A stretch of DNA of 64,000 nt from positions 63,131 through 127,130 of the forward strand of contig NIVC01000585.1 of the NCBI GenBank assembly GCA_002269645.1. Reading direction: 5' to 3'. The notes below the pieces were generated by a model, which saw nothing but the letters and a program-made list of their open reading frames with translations, was not told the origin of the DNA and did not search any database. This document shows, piece after piece, positions 58,232 through 64,000 of this stretch; the stretch's first letter is position 1, and every line of letters begins with the position of its first letter. Source of the stretch: Macrostomum lignano (lineage: Eukaryota). A program made the position numbers and the translations under genes.

Positions 58232-59725
58232 TCAGTGAATGTGTCAGTGTGTGTTATGGGTGTGTCAGTGTGTGTTATGGGGGCGTGTCAGTGTGTGTTA
58301 TGAGGCGTGTCAGTGTGTGTTATGAGGCGTGTCAGTGTGTGTTATGGGGCGTGTCAGTGTGTGTTATGGGGCGTGTCAGTGTGTGTTATGGGGCGTGTCA
58401 GTGTGTGTTATGGGGCGTGTCAGTGTGTGTTATGGGTGTGTCAGTGTGTGTTATGGGGGCGTGTCAGTGTGTGTTATGAGGCGTGTCAGTGTGTGTTATG
58501 AGGCGTGTCAGTGTGTGCTATGGGGCGTGTCAGTGTGTGTTATGGGGCGTGTCAGTGTGTGTTATGGGGCGTGTCAGTGTGTGTTATGGGCGTGTCAGTG
58601 TGTGTTATGGGCGTGTCAGTGTGTGTTATGGGGCCTGTCAGTGTGTGTTATGGGCGTGTCAGTGTGTGTTATGGGGCGTGTCAGTGTGTGTTATGGGCGT
58701 GTCAGTGTGTGTTATGGGGCGTGTCAGTGTGTGTTATGGGGCGTGTCAGTGTGTGTTATGGGCGTGTCAGTGTGTGTTATGGGTGTGTCAGTGTGTGTTA
58801 TGGGCGTGTCAGTGTGTGTTATGAGGCGTGTCAGTGTGTGTTATGAGGCGTGTCAGTGTGTGTTATGAGGCGTGTCAGTGTGTGTTATGAGGCGTGTCAG
58901 TGTGTGTTATGGGGGCGTGTCAGTGTGTGTTATGGGCGTGTCAGTGTGTGTTATGGGGCCTGTCAGTGTGTGTTATGGGCGTGTCAGTGTGTGTTATGGG
59001 GCGTGTCAGTGTGTGTTATGGGGCATGTCAGTGTGTGTTATGGGGCATGTCAGTGAATGTGTCAGTGTGTGTTATGGGGTGTGTCAGTGAATGTGTCAGT
59101 GAATGTGTCAGTGTGTGTTATGGGGTGTGTCAGTGAATGTGTCAGTGAATGTGTCAGTGTGTGTTATGGGGCATGTCAGTGAATGTGTCAGTGTGTGTTA
59201 TGGGGCGTGTCAGAGTGTATTAAGGTGCGTGTCAGTGAATGTGTCAGTGTGTGTTATGCGGCGTGTCGGTGAATGTTTCAGTGTGTATTTTGGGGCGTGT
59301 CAGTGAATGTGCTTGTGTGTGTTATGGGGTGTGTCAGTGGATGTGCTTGTGTGTGTTATGGGGTGTGTCAGTGAATGTGTCAGTGAATGTGTCAGTGTGT
59401 GTTATGGGGTGTGTCAGTGAATGTGTCAGTGAATGTGTCAGTGTGTGTTATGGGGTGTGTCAGTGAATGTGTCAGTGAATGTGTCAGTGTGTGTTATGGG
59501 GTGTGTCAGTGAATGTGTCAGTGAATGTGTCAGTGTGTGTTATGGGGTGTGTCAGTGAATGTGTCAGTGAATGTGTCAGTGAATGTGTCAGTGTGTGTTA
59601 ACGGGTGTGTCAGTGAATGTGTCTGTGTGTGTTATGGGGTGTGTCAGTGAATGTGTCAGTGTGTGTTAACGGGTGTGTCAGTGAATGTGTCAGCGTATGT
59701 TATGGGTGTGTCAGTGACTTTTCAG
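58232..59725. repeat. 21-23-bp minisatellite (TGTCAGTGTGTGTTATGGGGCG) grading into TGTCAGTGAATG units
   Basis: Tandem periodicity. Confidence 0.96.
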
Positions 59726-60148
59726 TGAATGTGCCTGTGTTTTGCTGGTTGATATGCTTGGTTAGTCAAAGAGGAAACAATAAAAGATATGCAAAAAAAC
59801 TCAAGAGAGTCCAAATGTTTGTTATAACTCATTTTTAATTGTACTAAAACTTACTTAGCCACCAACGAGCACTTGAGCCCTTCCTGCTGAGCCTTTCCTG
59901 GTACAAAATTTGCCCTTTTTAGACTTTATTCGGTCTTCCAATCGACTCTCCCTTTTTGCCAGTTAGAAATCCTCACGGGGTTGGAATCCACACTAATTGA
60001 AAGTGAAATTAAAATTATTTTCTGTTGGATTTCGAATGTACGAGCTACATGTACTTTACGCGTGCATTTTACGCGTACATATTTTCTGCGAAACGTAGTT
60101 GTCCACTCTTTCCCTTTCCCATCCCATCCGGGCCTTGGGTTGAGGAGG

Positions 60149-61140
60149 TCATGGAGACGTCAGTCCCTCGTCACGCCGCTGCTCCACCTCCGTCTCCAGG
60201 TAGACGCAGCCGTTCCTCGCAAACAACGTCACGAGCCGGTCGTCCCCACGAATTGCAGCAAAACTCCGTCCCGCTTTCGCCAATTGACGGCTGCTGAGCG
60301 ATGAAACTTGCCCTGACAACCAAGTCCTCCGTGTGGCGCTGCCGATGCAGCAGGTGGAAGGTGACTCTGGCGACAAACGGCCAATCCCACATGTCGTCGA
60401 GTTCGGTCTGGACGAGCTCTAGCTGAGTAGTCACGTGACTACGGTCGGCGTCCGCCTGTCCGTTGAGAAACAACCTGACACGGAACTTGCGGCCGTATCG
60501 CTGGGTCATGAAAGGCGGAGACAGCAGACAGGCTGACGGGTTGCTCGCCGCCTCCCGCAGTCTGTCGGCGATGCCAGTGACTTTCCACAGCAGGCAACCG
60601 TCATAAGAGATCTGCTCCAGGGTCTCAACGCGTCGCGTGATTCTGCGCAGCTCCTGCTGTTCACTCGCTTTTAGTTTGGCTTGCACGCAATGCAACAGGG
60701 TCCTGAGACCGCTGGCTCCGCCAAACTCCTTCATCAAGCCCTCGATGGCAATGGTTGTCAGAGCCCAATCAGCTAAACTAGGCTGAATTCTCTTCAACGC
60801 AGCAAACAATCGCAATACGTTTTGCTCCCCAGACCGAATTTCTCATGCTGTAGGCTGCAGGGGATCCAGGGCTGAGGCCTTGAACTCATCGCAGATGAGC
60901 TCCAGATACTTTTCCGCCCCAACAGCGTAGTGGCCATTCAAATTCTCTTGAGTACTCTGGAAATCGCACCCGAGACGGCAGAATCTGCAACTAACCAGCT
61001 TCTTGGGGCACTCGGCCTTGTGACGCTGAAGATCATACGGATTGAATGAACCTTCGTGACAGAGCGCGCACTCAATGACTTCATCGCAAGCGATCCCCGA
61101 TGATTGGCGCAGTTGACTGGCGACTTCCTGGGAAGCTCCA
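60149..61140 (-). pseudogene. TRAF: TRAF-like protein (TRAF-type zinc finger, coiled coil, MATH domain) with an in-frame TGA and a probable 3' frameshift
   Basis: CALCHEG..LQRHKAECPKKLVSCRFCRLGCDF, then TGA at 60845-60843 in the same frame, then SYDGCLLWKV..SPPFMTQRYGRKFRVRLFLNG..WDWPFVARVTFHLL. The last strand (FARNGCVYLETEV) is in another frame after about 60270. Confidence 0.85.
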
Positions 61141-62181
61141 TGGATTCAGGAAGGTCAGCAGCTGCTATTTTTGCGGTCTGGTACTTTGACGGTTGCATGC
61201 CAGTCTGCTTGTAAATGATTACCGAAAGAATTCCGGGCAATTCGTTGGTTTTCCTGCAGAATTTCCGCAGAGTTTCTACTCTGCTCAAAAACTGTACATT
61301 AATCTCTACACTGTGTACGTGGGTCCCAGAGTGTACAAGCGTACAGCGTGGCAGAAGGCTTTTCCACGGGTTTGCCGGGGAATTGCCTGCGTAGAACTTG
61401 CGCCCCGGAATTACCGCACGTTTTTTGGAAGGAATCAGGCTGCCAAATTGTCAAATCTAAATCAGATTGCTGCTCATTTTTCGGCGTACGAGCGTAATTT
61501 GAAGATATGAGCGAGCATTCTGAATATTATGTTTTCAAGCAGGAAATCTGGCAGTAAAAAAACTGAATTCGTTATTACGACTATTATGTGAAAGAATGAA
61601 TGTTACACAGAAAACAAAATCATGTCTTTAACAGTTCGGACAGTATAATAGAAGCGGGCAAAAATGTTAACTTTATTGAATATTAAAGGATGCGCTAGGC
61701 CTTTAAGACGTCCCGATGATCGTGAACATTTTGATTGCCAATACGTATTTCAACTCCGAATGCAGTTGGACGCTTTCCATCCAGGCGCCCCGCAGCTGAC
61801 TGCCTTTTCTTAAGGAGGCATCTTTTGTTGTTGTTATTGCTGTGATTTTTTTGTTTGTTTTGTTGCTATTGTTGTTGAATGCAGAATGCGCCCCTCACAG
61901 GGCGCGTGGACAGTCGAAGTTTAGCCATCGGCTAAAACATTCCAAGAGGTTCACATTCGATCTCCAGGCAAGGATACTTTAGCGTTAACCGACTACATGC
62001 CATGCAATACTGAACTACGCTATAGTAACTACACAGCTAAATATCGTTTATTAGTTTGTTAGCAAGTTACCGCCTGGCCTTCAAAGCTTCAGCTCAGAAC
62101 CGATCATTTGTTGCCACATTGCTCCTGCTAGCTGCCACTTTCGCTGCAGTTCCTCCGTCAGCCATCGGGGAAGCGCCACAT

Positions 62182-64000
62182 TCAAACTGAGCAGCTTCTC
62201 AAAATGAGCAGATCCGTTTTGGGCTGGACAGAAAACAGGGCAGCAACCAGCAGCTCCTGAATATCCGCGTCCTCCCGCTCAGCCACAGATTGGATCCAGG
62301 CCTTGGCATGGCGGACTTCGCTGTCGGGTAGCAGCTCAAGTCTCAAGGCCCACAGCAGTGCATCGAAGTTTAAGTAGAAATAATCTGCGCCACTATGAAA
62401 TTTGAGCGGGAAACACTTGATCAGAACTCCAGTTAAAAAAATTAATTTTGGGCGCCTTTCGAACTCGAAGCAGAACTTCCACGCGGAGTCCCGGCTCCTC
62501 AGATGCCACCACACAAACTCCGTGGTCGCCTCGGTCGCCGACCTCTCAGCGGACCAAGCGATGCCTCTGCTCACCGAGAGGCCTCTGCACTGGCTCACGA
62601 TTCTCTCTGCAGTTCCTCGGTAGCCGAACTTCAGGCAGGCCAGCGCTCTGAGAGCCTCCCGAGCTGAGCCGGTGCAGTCTGGCAGTCTGGCAATCAGCTC
62701 TGTGAGCGACTCCTGAGACAGCGGGCTGCAGTCACCATGGGAGAGACGCACCAGACACTCCCTCACCACGTCGTAGATCTCGTGGTACTCGACAGTGTTT
62801 GAGTTTGGCAAAGACCTCAAAACTAAAACTGGCAGGGTTTGGAACGGGTGGAAGTAGAATATCCCAGACTCATCCACAGGTCTCAGACTGCTCATGAACT
62901 GCTGCAGCAGCTGAGGCAGCCGATCAATCACTGTTCTCAGTGTGCTCGCGATGCTGCCCAGAGTCTGGTCCATGCTTCCGTCTTTCCCCACTGCACCCTT
63001 GAGGTACACAGCGACGTCGCTCAGGAAGAAGTGCTCCATGATCCGGCCGTGAGCATTGTCGGGCGAGCGACTGCTCTCCACACAGTCAAGCAGCATCTGC
63101 AGAGACCTCCTCACGAGACTCACGAGGTTCTCGGCTTCCACTGTTCGACCGGCGTCTCCTCCACCATTCGGAACGTGATGGACTTCACATGGTACGGCTT
63201 GAGGCCTTGCTGGTTGAAGCCGTCCTTGCTGCAGATGACCTTCTTGACCAGGTACTTAAGAGTGACGAACAGCTGGCCTTGGAGAGTAGTGAGACTTCTG
63301 AGCATCCGCTTCTCCAGGAAGCTGGTGCTCACACGGAGCTCCTGGCCTCCTCGACTAGGAGAGGCTGCGTGCACCACGTGACAGGGCGTTGAGTCAGAGT
63401 CGACAACCCTCTGGAGGGCCTGCAGCACCGGCTTTGGATGTTCGATCGGGAGATTCGATGGGGCTGGAGAGGCGATGGGCGGTAGCGGCAGCAGCGGCCA
63501 GCAGAAACCCTGTCCATGGCTGGCCTCAGTGCCGAACCGTCTGACGGCAGAGCAGGATTCGATGCTGCAATGGCAGTATGAGATGCATCGTAATTGACGC
63601 ATTGCATGAAAATGAATCTAATATAATTACTTCAATAATTTGTTATAATTACTAAGAAAAACCTGGCAGTCGTCGATTTTGTTAAGCTGCCAAACCAAAG
63701 CAAGGATTAATTCATCATCTTTTATTCAAATAGAATTGAAACTCACAGTATCCTTTACACTGAAGATGCCCATTGCTCAACTCATGCTGGACTGGATGTC
63801 CGCTGCACTTGCATATGCCTGTCGGGTGGACAGCTTTCCAGGAATCAGCTCCATCACATCAATGTCTGAAGCGACGTCAGTTCTGCGTCCAGTGTTTTCA
63901 GATTGTTTCCCCAGCCTTCAGAGTAGCTGCAACCACAAAGCGCTTGTCGTAATCCTGCCTCCTTCTCAGGATCTCCTGCAAGACGTCGGCAACTGCGCTC
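62182..64000 (-). CDS. cGAS-like receptor / Mab-21 NTase, copy 2 (exons >64000-63747 and 63564-62182), with several 1-nt deletions
   Basis: V(G)SYSEGWGNNLKTL..SDIDVM, MDRVSA, STSFLEK, YHVKSITF, MEHFFL. Same phase-1 intron position as copy 1. The frameshifts are single-base losses, mostly in CC/GG runs, relative to copy 1. The 5' end lies outside the window. Confidence 0.88.

Noticed and set aside
61888-61905. GCGCCC-CTCACA-GGGCGC hairpin as a Helitron 3' end
   Set aside because: No CTRR terminus at the expected distance and no matching 5' end found.

Overview
Eukaryotic (metazoan) genomic DNA with spliceosomal introns, GC-rich exons and dense mini/microsatellites. The style resembles a repeat-rich free-living flatworm such as Macrostomum, but this is inference only. 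Genes read by hand from left to right: a frameshifted fibrinogen-related gene (-), a TMEM272-like 4-TM gene (+), an ankyrin-array/cGAS-like (Mab21, cGLR) nucleotidyltransferase locus carrying nonsense lesions (+), FAM161-like (+, 7-8 exons), an intact 5-exon Gfi1/senseless zinc-finger gene (-), a secreted TSP1-kringle-WSC-like-discoidin-like-PAN gene (-), an internally deleted Ty3/Gypsy LTR element with both LTRs, PBS, PPT and TSD, a secreted PAN-PAN-LamG gene (-), a hAT-like MITE, a chromodomain gene split into small exons around a 67-bp satellite (-), a short ankyrin gene (+), a TRAF-like gene (-) and a second cGLR paralog (-) running off the right edge. The best candidate for an undescribed system is the pair of cGLR paralogs with their ankyrin, TRAF, FReD and 4-TM neighbours. 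A second strong pattern is that most long introns each hold their own minisatellite. Most long ORFs in the supplied track are repeat artefacts.
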